From Candidatus Saccharimonas sp. (GTDB lineage: Bacteria; Patescibacteriota; Saccharimonadia; Saccharimonadales; Saccharimonadaceae): a DNA stretch of 64,000 nt. Below are positions 17,055 to 26,937 of this stretch, in pieces (positions within the stretch are counted from its first letter, which is position 1; every line of letters starts with the position of its first letter). The notes beneath the pieces are model-generated. The model had not been told where the DNA came from. It saw only the letters and a list, made by a program, of their open reading frames with translations, and did not search any database. Location of the stretch: NCBI GenBank assembly GCA_042642485.1, contig JBHRNN010000001.1, positions 48,621-112,620 of the forward strand, written 5' to 3'. The position numbers were made by a program, and so were the translations under genes.

Positions 17055-18623
17055 ATGCCAGAGTTGAATCAAATTGGCGCCCACTTGCGGGCAGGTGTTA
17101 TATGTGCACAGCGGCAGTCTGATGAGCGGCAGCAAATACTTAGTCAGGCTGATAAAATTAATGTCGTTGGTGCTGGCGGCATGTTGACGGCAGCTTACGA
17201 GCAGCTGCGCAACGCCGCTGAAAATACCGAGGAGCACTTGCTGCTACAAAATGCTATCCGGCGGTTTTTCAAACAATCGTTTATTGTTCGCGATGAGGCG
17301 TTGGTCCGCAAAAGCGGCGAAGAATTGGTGGTTGAATTGACTTTTGCGGGATATTTGCCCAACGATAGCGTGTCGCGCAGCCAAATCAAAGAGATTTCAA
17401 AACTAGCAACAGCGCACTATAAAGCGTATGAAAAGCTGATTGCTGATCGTTCAATCAATTTGGATCGTTCTTCGGCATGGCTGTTAGAAACTCTGTCGGT
17501 ATTGGCGGCGAATGTATTGGTTGATCACGCTGGCGATCATGCGTTTATTGATTTTGCGTATGAATATTTCGAGACAGCAATTCCGCGGGATGCGCTGCAA
17601 TCGACTTCGGCTGATGAATATGGAGCTGCGCTTTATGTGGCTATTCAGCAGGCGCTGATGAAGAGCGACGTAGCCACGGTGCGCGCAGGGCTATTGGTGC
17701 GTTATGGAACGAGCGTTGAATCGCTTGAGGCTTTTGTTGAATTTAATCGTAAAATTGATAAGATGCTGCGCAGCACGTCGGTCGAAGAGTTGCGCCGCGT
17801 GGTTGATCGGCAGGGGGCGCCGCTGCGCGTTATTCGCCATATGATGGAGACGCAAGACGACTTCCCGGCGTTGTTACAAAAGCGCGAGGCATTTCTCGAC
17901 GAATTTGAGCGGCAAGTGAACCGTGAATATTCTAGCATGATGGCGCGAATTAACCGGGCTATTATGCGCAGCGTGGTCTTCTTGGTAATTACTAAGTTTT
18001 TGATTGGCATCGCTATTGAAGTGCCGTATGACCTGTGGGTGCACGGACAAATTGAGTGGTTGGTGCTAATGATCAATTTGTTCTTCCCGCCGATATACAT
18101 GGTGTTGCTGCGCTTAACACTGAATGTGCCAGGATACGCAAATACCGAAGCGCTGATTAAACGGGTCGATCAGATGCTCTACGGCGGCGATAATACTGTA
18201 CTGATGCGGCGGCAATTAGCGGGACGGACGTATAGCTCGATGTTTTCGATTATGTACGGCGTAATGAGTCTGGCGGTGTTCGCGCTGGCGACTTGGCTGC
18301 TGACGTTGATTGGTTTTTCACCAGTGCATATTATTATTTTCTTTGTATTTTTCTCGGCGGCGAGCTTCCTAGGCTTTCGCTTGAGCCGGTTGATTCGCGA
18401 TCTCGAGATTGTGCGCAGTGCTAGCAACGGCTTTACCTTTGTACGCGATACGCTGTATTTGCCGTTTGTAGTCGCTGGCCGGTGGATGAGTGATAAATAC
18501 GCGCAGGTTAATATTGTGTCGATGGTGTTGGATATGTTAATCGAATTACCGCTCAAAACCATTTTGCGCAAGATCCGGCAATGGGCAGCTTTTATTGATG
18601 ATAGAAAGGACAGTATATCATGA
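17055..18623 (+). CDS. Hypothetical membrane protein (large helical N-terminal domain, about 4-5 C-terminal TM helices)
   Basis: Long ORF, likely start MPELNQ; hydrophobic C-terminal third; overlaps the folD start (ATGA). Confidence 0.8.
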   Translation: MPELNQIGAHLRAGVICAQRQSDERQQILSQADKINVVGAGGMLTAAYEQLRNAAENTEEHLLLQNAIRRFFKQSFIVRDEALVRKSGEELVVELTFAGYLPNDSVSRSQIKEISKLATAHYKAYEKLIADRSINLDRSSAWLLETLSVLAANVLVDHAGDHAFIDFAYEYFETAIPRDALQSTSADEYGAALYVAIQQALMKSDVATVRAGLLVRYGTSVESLEAFVEFNRKIDKMLRSTSVEELRRVVDRQGAPLRVIRHMMETQDDFPALLQKREAFLDEFERQVNREYSSMMARINRAIMRSVVFLVITKFLIGIAIEVPYDLWVHGQIEWLVLMINLFFPPIYMVLLRLTLNVPGYANTEALIKRVDQMLYGGDNTVLMRRQLAGRTYSSMFSIMYGVMSLAVFALATWLLTLIGFSPVHIIIFFVFFSAASFLGFRLSRLIRDLEIVRSASNGFTFVRDTLYLPFVVAGRWMSDKYAQVNIVSMVLDMLIELPLKTILRKIRQWAAFIDDRKDSIS

Positions 18624-19477
18624 AAGAGTTAAATGGCAAGGAACTGCAAGGTTTTATTAAGCAGCGCCAAGCGCGTCAAGTACGAAATCTACGCCAAGAA
18701 TATGGTGTGGTACCAAAACTAGTTATTATAATGAGCAAAAATGCTAGCCAAGCGATTCAAACGTATGTTCGGATGAAAACACGTTACGCAGCAGATATTC
18801 TGATTGATGTTGACGTACAAGCAGTCGCGCAAGCTGATATGATGGCGGCTATTGATCAAGCTAACAACGATCCAGTAGTGCAGGGGATAATTTTGCAATT
18901 GCCGATTGATGACGTGTCGCAGACCGAAAAGCTGTGCCAATTAATCGCGCCAGAGAAAGATGTTGATGGTTTAGGGTCTAGTAGTATCTATCCGAGCGCT
19001 ACCGCCCAGGCAATTGATTGGCTATTGGCTGGGTATAATATCGAGCTATCGGATAAGCAAATTGCTATCGTGGGCCGCGGTAAGCTTGTCGGAGCGCCGC
19101 TCGAAAAAATGTGGCAGCAGCGCGGTCTAAACGTACAGGTCTACGACAAGACGAATCCAGCTACCGCGGATAGTTTGCAAAAATGTAACGTAATTGTAAC
19201 GGCGACCGGCGTGCCGCACTTGATCACCTCCGAAATGATCGCGCCAGAGACGGTAGTGGTGGATGCTGGTACGGCGAGCGAAGGCGGCGTGTTGGTCGGC
19301 GATGTTGACGATGCAGTTCGCCAGCGCAGCGATATTACGATTACACCGCAAAAGGGCGGTGTCGGTCCGTTGACATACGCAGTACTATTTGATCATCTGA
19401 TTGAGGCGTGCTTGCGGCGAGTTGGTAAGTTTAGTAATTCTATCGCTTATCGTTCAGCGCTTCTTTGGCGTGGATGA
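18620..19477 (+). CDS. folD: Methylenetetrahydrofolate dehydrogenase/cyclohydrolase
   Basis: GIILQLP, PEKDVDGL, IVGRGKLVGAP, VVVDAG, GDVD, TPQKGGVGPLT. Confidence 0.93.
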   Translation: MKELNGKELQGFIKQRQARQVRNLRQEYGVVPKLVIIMSKNASQAIQTYVRMKTRYAADILIDVDVQAVAQADMMAAIDQANNDPVVQGIILQLPIDDVSQTEKLCQLIAPEKDVDGLGSSSIYPSATAQAIDWLLAGYNIELSDKQIAIVGRGKLVGAPLEKMWQQRGLNVQVYDKTNPATADSLQKCNVIVTATGVPHLITSEMIAPETVVVDAGTASEGGVLVGDVDDAVRQRSDITITPQKGGVGPLTYAVLFDHLIEACLRRVGKFSNSIAYRSALLWRG

Positions 19478-19814
19478 CAACTTGGCTAGGTGTTAGATTA
19501 GCCTTGACGATATAACTATGAATACCTAGGTTACGCAGTTCGGCAGGTGCTTCTTCTTCGCCTAGGTTGGTTAGGATGATAACTGGCGTATTAGCATTAG
19601 CGGGCTGCTGGCGGATTTTTCGCAGCGCTTCGGTGCCGTTCATATTCGGCATTTGCAGATCGAGTAAAATGATGTCAGGATTAGCATGCTTAACCACTTT
19701 GACGCCAGTCTCGCCGTCGCTGGCAGTAACCACATCGAATCCAGCCGCCTCGAACTTCATCCGGTACATTTGGTTGATTACTTGATCGTCCTCGATAATA
19801 GCGATAGTTGTCAT
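19440..19814 (-). CDS. Single-domain response regulator (receiver only)
   Basis: IAIIEDD, IILLDLQMPNMNG, VIILTN, YIVKAN; no output domain; start MTTIAII at 19814. Confidence 0.9.
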   Translation of the reverse strand: MTTIAIIEDDQVINQMYRMKFEAAGFDVVTASDGETGVKVVKHANPDIILLDLQMPNMNGTEALRKIRQQPANANTPVIILTNLGEEEAPAELRNLGIHSYIVKANLTPSQVVIHAKEALNDKR

Positions 19815-19892
19815 GTTTTTATAATAGCATATCCCAGTTACTTTTCGAGTAAGCTCTAGCGTTATCGTCGAGAAAAGTGTACTATAAAGGGA

Positions 19893-21146
19893 ATGAAGCG
19901 GTTTTTTGGTAGAGTTCGCCGTCCATCGTATCGTTCGCAGCAAGTTGTGGACGTTCTGACGCGCAAAATGGTTGATGCCAAAGACATTGATACATTGCTA
20001 AATAGCTATTTAGAAACTTTTGTTAGTGTACTGCAAGTACGTTTTGCTGGCGTGGCTTTTTGCGATCAATATCACCAGCCGTATATTGCTGGCAAGCGTA
20101 ACGTACCAGCATGGTTGGACTCGCAGACGCTTGGTTCTGGCGATATTGGTGATTATGCTCGGTATGGTATTGCAGTAATCTTACCGCTATGCGTTGCCGA
20201 TCAGAAAATTGGTTGCCTGGTAATTGGCGAGCGGCGTGATGGCTGCGAGATTCGCAGTAAGGAATTTGAGCTGTTTGATGTTTTGGCGCGTAATCTATCG
20301 GTGGCGCTTTTGAACATGTTTCGCCTAGAGGAGATTCGCCGCTTAGCTGGAAATTTAGAGAAGGAAGTCGATGAGGCGACCAGTCAGCTGCGCCAGTCCA
20401 ACAAAAGATTGCAGGCCCTGGATGCCACTAAAGATGAGTTTGTCAGCATGGCCAGCCACCAGCTGCGGACGCCGCTGACTAGCGTAAAAGGCTACCTGAG
20501 TATGGTTCTTGAGGGCGACGCTGGCGAGATTACACCGCCGCAGCGGCAGCTGCTAGAAGAGGCTTTTCGCAGCAGCGAGCGGATGGTGCGATTGGTTAGT
20601 GATTTTTTGAACGTGAGCCGTTTGCAGACTGGTAAATTTATTATCAATCGTACAGCGGTCAATTTATCGCAGCTGGTTGCCGAAGAGGTTGCGAACGTAG
20701 ATCAGGTGGCAAATACGCATAAGGTCAAGGTCACGTATCGCCAGCCAGCGCGTTTTCCGCTGCTGTATCTAGACGACACCAAGATTCGCCAAGTTATTAT
20801 GAATTTCATTGATAACGCTATTTATTATTCACCAGACGCTAATACGGTAAAGGTCCGATTGTCAATTGAAGATGGCCAGGCAGTTTTGCGGGTAATCGAT
20901 AAGGGAATGGGTGTGTCGCCATCTGCCAAGAAAAAGCTCGGCACTAAGTTCTTTCGCGGCGACAACGCTCGGCGGCAGCGGCCGGACGGCACGGGGATCG
21001 GCTTGTTCTTGGCGAAGAAAGTAGTCGAAGGGCATGGCGGTACGATGATTTTCGAATCGGAGCTCGGCAAGGGTAGTACTTTTGGCTTTCGGCTACCGAT
21101 TGCGGAGTTAAAGTCGCCGCCAGCTCTAGACGGCAGCAAAGCATAA
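19893..21146 (+). CDS. Sensor histidine kinase (GAF-like, HisKA, HATPase), no obvious TM
   Basis: H-box [15 protein letters not shown]-box [26 protein letters not shown]. Confidence 0.92.
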   Translation: MKRFFGRVRRPSYRSQQVVDVLTRKMVDAKDIDTLLNSYLETFVSVLQVRFAGVAFCDQYHQPYIAGKRNVPAWLDSQTLGSGDIGDYARYGIAVILPLCVADQKIGCLVIGERRDGCEIRSKEFELFDVLARNLSVALLNMFRLEEIRRLAGNLEKEVDEATSQLRQSNKRLQALDATKDEFVSMASHQLRTPLTSVKGYLSMVLEGDAGEITPPQRQLLEEAFRSSERMVRLVSDFLNVSRLQTGKFIINRTAVNLSQLVAEEVANVDQVANTHKVKVTYRQPARFPLLYLDDTKIRQVIMNFIDNAIYYSPDANTVKVRLSIEDGQAVLRVIDKGMGVSPSAKKKLGTKFFRGDNARRQRPDGTGIGLFLAKKVVEGHGGTMIFESELGKGSTFGFRLPIAELKSPPALDGSKA

Positions 21147-21163
21147 ATGGTATACTTTTATTT

Positions 21164-21607
21164 ATGAAGAGGAAGACGGAATTTATCATAGGCGGCGGCC
21201 TGGCGGTTATAGCAGCTGTTGTCGCTGCGGCAGTACTGGGATATCTTTACGGCGGTGTAAAAACGCCAGAACAGCGCGCGCTGGTTTACTATAATGTGTG
21301 CGGAAATGATATCATTGATAAGTTTAATGGTAGTATATCTTCCCCTGATAATCTGAAGAAGATTGCTGGCGAAATAGAAAAAAAGAATCACTATGCTGAT
21401 GACGCCACATGTGTTGTTGCTTTGTATTTTTATCATACAACCGCAGATGCGAACGGTCATAGCCAGAAGACGGACGATTTATACAACAAAATAAAAAACC
21501 TGTCAGACAAAGGAATATACGCTAGCGGTAGGCTGAAAGTGCCAGTTAATGTTGAGCAGTTAAATTTGCTGCGCAGCAAACAATCAGTTCCGGAGAATAA
21601 GCAATAA
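21164..21607 (+). CDS. Hypothetical membrane-anchored or secreted protein
   Basis: N-terminal hydrophobic helix; TAATG coupling to the next gene. Confidence 0.75.
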   Translation: MKRKTEFIIGGGLAVIAAVVAAAVLGYLYGGVKTPEQRALVYYNVCGNDIIDKFNGSISSPDNLKKIAGEIEKKNHYADDATCVVALYFYHTTADANGHSQKTDDLYNKIKNLSDKGIYASGRLKVPVNVEQLNLLRSKQSVPENKQ

Positions 21608-24390
21608 TGCACAAGGGGCTGCTGCGTGGCTTGAAGTGGTGGCTTAGCTGTTTTGTTATTGTAGCGGCCGCAGGTGTTGTTTGCTTGCTAAGAAATGATA
21701 CGTCTTATGCAGCTTACGGCTGGGGGTCTGGCCGTAATGATATGGAGCGGCAGGCTTGGAATGGTGATCCGTGCGGCGATTATATTAATCACCCGTGTGC
21801 TGTTTGGTGGGCGTCTTATCATAATACGGGCTACTTTAGCATGGTGGGGTCTACGCCAAGCAATCCGATCGAGATGGACTGGAACGCGACGGCAATATAT
21901 TTTACGATACGAGGATCGTGGAACACTCAGCGGTTTCGTAATCCAATTAGAATTTATTCTCTGTTCACTTTCAATGGGCAGGGTAGGTCTGTTTGGGTAA
22001 CCAATCCAGCAGGTCATATAGACGGTAACGGCAATTATTTCTTTAATAGAGGCTACTATGGCGGCGGCGGTCCTGAGTATCAATGGATAAACGGCGAGAG
22101 CGAAAAAGATCAGTTAGATTTAGGTGCTGACGTTAATGGTGTCGGTCAACCTGGCGGCCCGTCAGAGCTGGTTACGTTTGGTGCAAAAAGCTGTTTGGCA
22201 GTCATGAGAGGTAATAAAGTATACACTTATAGCGGTTCTCATGTTAACTGCGGTACCGATAATATCTCACTGTGGGTACGCCGTAAACCGCGGCCTAGCG
22301 GCTGGAAGGTCCAAGGCGAAAGCTATATCTATAATCGTTCCGATAACAAGACTTATGCGAATTATAATAATTCCAACGCTTTCGGTACTTCTCGCCCGTA
22401 CGCCGAGCGGCATCTAGATGGTAAGCCTGATGTCTTTCCTGGAAAACAGGCCGAATTTATAGCGACTCTTCGGAATACTCCATATTCAAATTATCAGCAT
22501 ACAAATTCTAGCGTACAAGTAGTTATAGAATCGGCATATTTTAATAATCTGCACGATGTTGCTAGCTGTGCCGGTAAGGATTGGCGCCATTGTGGTGGTA
22601 GTAATAATGGGCATAGAGTTCTCATTGCACGCGGAGCGGTCAGTAATATTTATAACAATAAATGCCGGTCAGCGCTTAATAACTTAGTGCAAAGTCCTAA
22701 TAATACAAATACTTGGAGTGGTCGAGACGGCGACGATTGTATGAAGATTCGCGTGCCTAGCGACGGCAGTCGAGCGGGGTCTTATATATGTACGCAGATA
22801 TGGTGGACGTGGCCTGATTCGGTGGTGCGTCGAGACTGGGCCTCAAGCGAACCCGCTTGCGCGAGGGTGGCGTCTGACTTTAATTTGGTGCCAGGAGTTG
22901 GTTCGGCGGGCGGGTCAACGGCTATTGGCGTACTAGAACAAGGTAATGCGACAACGCTAGATAGCACCATATACAATACGGGCGGGCGTCGCGAAGCTGG
23001 CAGTAGTAGTGACGCCGATGTCTTTACGTTTGCCTTCACTGGATCGGCTGCGGAAATGTCGGATGGTCAACTGGGCAGTATGCTAAATGGCATATTCAAT
23101 AAGAATGACGGAGACAGGCATTATGCCGATACGACCTATGGCGCAGGCGTGAACACATGCTCTTGGCTCAACTCTCAGCCCCAGTTGTCTGGTAAAATTA
23201 GCGATTGTACGCCAACAAATAACAAGCAGAGTGCTTTTGACAGGACTGAAGTTATTGATACATCGGCGCTTGATACGGCACGATACAAGATTGGCGATGT
23301 AATTTGCCGGGTAGCTACTGTTAATAAGTATAACTGGGATACAACGGGAGATTCTTCAAAACGCCGTGTATCGTATCCGCGTTGCTACCGCATTTCCAAG
23401 AGGCCAATGGTACAAATTTGGGGTGGCGATGTGCGTGTCGGGTCGAGCAATATCGCGAATGCTTTAATCACCCAGCAGTATAAGTCGGGCATCTATACTG
23501 GCGGCGCGCGTACGCTGACTATGAGTGGCAATACTCATTCGATCGGCAGCTGGGGTGAATATGGCATGTTTGCGCCAGAAATTTCCTCGTATAGTAAGTC
23601 AAATGTTGTGTCGGCATCAGGAGGTGCTCTTTCTGGCATGGGTACGACATCGCGGTTGGGTATAGCAGCAGATAGCGAGTTAAATGGTCTAACATTTGCC
23701 AATAATAAGGCTAGATATGGGCAATGGGGAACTATCGGCGCGCAAAATACTGTCAAATCTAGTTATTTTGGCGCTCAGCGTCCGTTGGCGGGCGAGAATA
23801 TCTCGCTTAACGGACTGGATGGTTCGTACAAATTGTCATCGTCGCGAGCAATCGTGAACTTGTCGGGCGGCACTATTGGGATGGGTAGGTCGGTTATTAT
23901 TGATGCTGGCGACAAGACGGTAGTTATAGATGGTGATATACGTTATGATACTGGTAGTTTCTCTAGCGCTAGCCAACTACCGCAGGCTGTGATATACGCG
24001 CGCAACATTATTGTTAAAGATAACGTGACTAATATCGATGCTTGGTTAATTGCTTCGGGTACTAATGCCGGCGTGGGCGGTGTAATCTCTACCTGCGAAG
24101 TTGACGAGAGTGGTGTTCGATCAGCATTGATCCGATCTGATTATACTAGCGGATTGAAATCGACGGTTTGTGACAAGCCATTACAGATTAATGGGGTAGT
24201 GTCGGCGCGTGTTTTGCAGCTGCGCCGTACTCACGGAGCTGACGGTTCGGCTGGCAATGAGAATGGTTATACCACACCAGCGGAGATTATTAACGCGCGG
24301 ATGGATACGTACTTGTGGGCCTATAATAAAGCTAACGCAAACAGTTCTATTTCAACCGACACCACAACCGAGCTGCCACCGCGGTATTAG
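21607..24390 (+). CDS. Large secreted Cys/Gly/Asn-rich surface protein of unknown function
   Basis: Signal peptide ending SYA-A; many cysteines; beta-rich C-terminus (VVIDGDIRY, AVIYARNIIV, LQINGVV, ELPPRY). Confidence 0.8.
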   Translation: MHKGLLRGLKWWLSCFVIVAAAGVVCLLRNDTSYAAYGWGSGRNDMERQAWNGDPCGDYINHPCAVWWASYHNTGYFSMVGSTPSNPIEMDWNATAIYFTIRGSWNTQRFRNPIRIYSLFTFNGQGRSVWVTNPAGHIDGNGNYFFNRGYYGGGGPEYQWINGESEKDQLDLGADVNGVGQPGGPSELVTFGAKSCLAVMRGNKVYTYSGSHVNCGTDNISLWVRRKPRPSGWKVQGESYIYNRSDNKTYANYNNSNAFGTSRPYAERHLDGKPDVFPGKQAEFIATLRNTPYSNYQHTNSSVQVVIESAYFNNLHDVASCAGKDWRHCGGSNNGHRVLIARGAVSNIYNNKCRSALNNLVQSPNNTNTWSGRDGDDCMKIRVPSDGSRAGSYICTQIWWTWPDSVVRRDWASSEPACARVASDFNLVPGVGSAGGSTAIGVLEQGNATTLDSTIYNTGGRREAGSSSDADVFTFAFTGSAAEMSDGQLGSMLNGIFNKNDGDRHYADTTYGAGVNTCSWLNSQPQLSGKISDCTPTNNKQSAFDRTEVIDTSALDTARYKIGDVICRVATVNKYNWDTTGDSSKRRVSYPRCYRISKRPMVQIWGGDVRVGSSNIANALITQQYKSGIYTGGARTLTMSGNTHSIGSWGEYGMFAPEISSYSKSNVVSASGGALSGMGTTSRLGIAADSELNGLTFANNKARYGQWGTIGAQNTVKSSYFGAQRPLAGENISLNGLDGSYKLSSSRAIVNLSGGTIGMGRSVIIDAGDKTVVIDGDIRYDTGSFSSASQLPQAVIYARNIIVKDNVTNIDAWLIASGTNAGVGGVISTCEVDESGVRSALIRSDYTSGLKSTVCDKPLQINGVVSARVLQLRRTHGADGSAGNENGYTTPAEIINARMDTYLWAYNKANANSSISTDTTTELPPRY

Positions 24391-24441
24391 CAGTTGTTTA
24401 TTGCGCAAATAAGGCCAATCTGTTAAGATATCTGTAAGTGC

Positions 24442-24516
24442 GGCCTTATCGTCTAACGGTTAGGACACCAGGTTTTCATCCTGGCAATCCGGGTTCGATT
24501 CCCGGTAAGGTCACCA
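24442..24516 (+). tRNA. tRNA-Glu(TTC)
   Basis: Anticodon arm CCAGG-TTTTCAT-CCTGG; encoded CCA. Confidence 0.95.
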
Positions 24517-24540
24517 TATAATATAAATTTGCACTTGTCA

Positions 24541-24570
24541 AGTACGTCCTAGTCTGGGCGTACTATTTTT
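24541..24570 (+). terminator. Intrinsic terminator after tRNA-Glu
   Basis: AGTACGTCC-TAGTCT-GGGCGTACT-ATTTTT. Confidence 0.75.
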
Positions 24571-24600
24571 GTGGAACGTATTAGAGTATAATAACTATCT

Positions 24601-26028
24601 ATGAGTAATACATTTAAAAGAACTAAGATACTGGCGACTCTGGGGCCAGCTACAAATTCACCAGAGAAAATCAAACAATTAATTGAAGCTGGCGCAAATG
24701 GCTTTCGTTTGAACTTTAGCCATGGATCGTACGAAGAACGGCTAGATCAGATTAAATGGATTCGTGATGCTAGCGCCGAAGTTGGCCGAACGGTAGCAAT
24801 CTTGCAGGATTTACAAGGACCAAAAATTCGTCTCGGCGTTCTAAAGAACAACCACTTAGATGTTAAAGCTGGCGACGAGATCGTTCTCGATCATGCAATT
24901 CAAGAACACGATGGCAGTACGAATTTGCCGATTCAATACAATTTAGCTAACAAAGTCAAGGTTGGCGAGCCAGTTTACTTGTTTGACGGCAAGATTCGCG
25001 GCGAGATGATTGAGCGGGTTAGTGATACAGCAATCAAGATTCGTATTCTGAACGATGGATTTTTGATGAGCCGTAAAGGCTTGAATCTGCCAGACACCGA
25101 CTTTGGCGGCGATATTTTAACGCCAAAAGATTTGGCTGACGTAGAGTTTGGCGCCGATAAAGATATTGATTTTGTAGCCCTCAGTTTTATTCAGAGCGCA
25201 GACGATATCAATAACTTGCGGCAGATTATGCTAAGCCACGGTTCGACAGCGCAGATTATTGCGAAAGTTGAGACCAAAGCAGCTATCGAGATGGAGTCGC
25301 TCAAAGAAATAGTCAAGGCTGCTGACGGCGTGATGATCGCGCGCGGCGACTTAGCGGTCGAGACTAGCCCCGAGATTGTACCGATTGTCGAGCGCGAGGC
25401 AATTCGCTTGTGCCGCAAATACGGTAAGCTATCAATAGTGGCAACGCAAATGTTAGCCAGTATGGTCGATAATCCAGAGCCTACTCGCGCCGAAGTTAGC
25501 GATGTAGCAACAGCAGTAATCCTCGGTACTGATGTGGTGATGCTCTCTGATGAGACAGCTAACGGTAGTTATCCTGTCGAGGCAGTCAAAATGATGGCCA
25601 AGACGGTGCGCTATACACAGTCGCGCTGGCCGATGAATGACATGCCGATTGAATATGGCGAGAAGAACCGTCGCCGTAATGCGATTGCTAATGCTGCGGT
25701 AGTAGTAGCTAACCAAGTAGACGCCGATGTGATTATCGCCGAAACTAAATCTGGCGCAACAGCCGCACGGATTGCTGCCTGTCGTCCAGAGTTGCCAATC
25801 GCTGCGGTAACGCCGAATAAGCGTGTGGCTCAACAGTTAGCTTTGTCATACGCTACCCGTTCATATGTGCGCGAGGAAGGCGAGCATGTTGGTACAAAAT
25901 TAGCCAAAGAGTTGCTCAATTGGGGTACTTTCGGGCGCGACGACAAATTGACCGCGGTTGTTGTCAGCGGCCGCCAGTCGGGTGTAGCTGGCGGTACCGA
26001 CACATTGCGTGTGCGTGTTGTTGAGTAA
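24601..26028 (+). CDS. pyk: Pyruvate kinase
   Basis: RTKILATLGPA, RLNFSHG, DLQGPKIR, MIARGDL, ATQML, MLSDETA. Confidence 0.97.
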   Translation: MSNTFKRTKILATLGPATNSPEKIKQLIEAGANGFRLNFSHGSYEERLDQIKWIRDASAEVGRTVAILQDLQGPKIRLGVLKNNHLDVKAGDEIVLDHAIQEHDGSTNLPIQYNLANKVKVGEPVYLFDGKIRGEMIERVSDTAIKIRILNDGFLMSRKGLNLPDTDFGGDILTPKDLADVEFGADKDIDFVALSFIQSADDINNLRQIMLSHGSTAQIIAKVETKAAIEMESLKEIVKAADGVMIARGDLAVETSPEIVPIVEREAIRLCRKYGKLSIVATQMLASMVDNPEPTRAEVSDVATAVILGTDVVMLSDETANGSYPVEAVKMMAKTVRYTQSRWPMNDMPIEYGEKNRRRNAIANAAVVVANQVDADVIIAETKSGATAARIAACRPELPIAAVTPNKRVAQQLALSYATRSYVREEGEHVGTKLAKELLNWGTFGRDDKLTAVVVSGRQSGVAGGTDTLRVRVVE

Positions 26029-26047
26029 AATACAACAAAAATTTAAG

Positions 26048-26077
26048 AGACACCTCGCTTTTGGCGGGGTGTTTTCA
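26048..26077 (+). terminator. Intrinsic terminator after pyk
   Basis: GACACCTCGC-TTTTG-GCGGGGTGTT-TT. Confidence 0.75.
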
Positions 26078-26149
26078 TGCAAAAAACTAGACGAGCGTTT
26101 ATAACTGTAGTAAACTAGACGCAAGGGTAAACATAAGCAAGTATAAAAC

Positions 26150-26935
26150 GTGGGCAAGAAACTTATTATTGCAAACTGGAAAATGAACCTCACTGTCAAT
26201 GAGGCGAGTTTGTATGTTCATAAACTCGACAAGCTGGTTGGCAAGCTCAAAAATACTGAGGTAGTGCTGGCACCGACCATGTTAGCGCTCCAGCCGCTTA
26301 ATATGCAGGTGCAACATCATCACTTTAACCTGGCAGTGCAGAACTTTTATTGGCGCGACAGCGGTGCTTACACTGGTGAAGTATCAGCGTCGCAGCTGCG
26401 CGGTATCGTACAATATGGCATAATTGGCCACAGCGAGCGCCGGCATATCTTTGCTGAGCGCAGTAAAGATATTCGCAGCAAAGTGCAGGCGGCAGTGCGT
26501 AATAATATTACGCCTGTATTGTGTATTGGTGAGACAGCCCAAGAACGAGCCAACAAGGAAACGTCTGATGTAATTCGCGATCAGTTGGTGGGGGGATTAG
26601 CTAATATCACGAGCGTTGAGGTTGGTCAGATTGTTATAGCTTATGAGCCAGTGTGGTCAATCGGTACTGGTAAATTCGCTTCACCGCGCGACGTTGAACG
26701 CGCCGTTAAATATATTCGTCGGCAAATTGAGCATCTTTTCGGTAAGGTCGCTGCCGAGAATGTCCGCGTACTTTACGGCGGTAGCGTTAATCTTGATAAC
26801 GCTATGTCATATTTGCAAACAGCTGGTGTAAATGGTTTGCTTATCGGTGAATCAAGCTTGGATGTCTATGCTTTTGCTGGTATTATCAAAAAATGTGAAG
26901 ATATGTCATCCTTACCAGTAAAGAGAGGTAAATAG
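26150..26935 (+). CDS. tpiA: Triosephosphate isomerase
   Basis: NWKMN, GAYTGEVS, IGHSERR, AYEPVWSIGTG, LYGGSV. Confidence 0.96.
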   Translation: MGKKLIIANWKMNLTVNEASLYVHKLDKLVGKLKNTEVVLAPTMLALQPLNMQVQHHHFNLAVQNFYWRDSGAYTGEVSASQLRGIVQYGIIGHSERRHIFAERSKDIRSKVQAAVRNNITPVLCIGETAQERANKETSDVIRDQLVGGLANITSVEVGQIVIAYEPVWSIGTGKFASPRDVERAVKYIRRQIEHLFGKVAAENVRVLYGGSVNLDNAMSYLQTAGVNGLLIGESSLDVYAFAGIIKKCEDMSSLPVKRGK

Positions 26936-26937
26936 CC

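Noticed and set aside
19440..19477. 38 bp convergent overlap of folD and the response regulator as antisense regulation
   Set aside because: More simply a short stop-codon drift in a compact genome; no further support.
26820..26870. TpiA GESSL in place of GGASL as a sign of inactivation
   Set aside because: Catalytic Lys, His and Glu motifs are intact; one loop substitution is not enough evidence.
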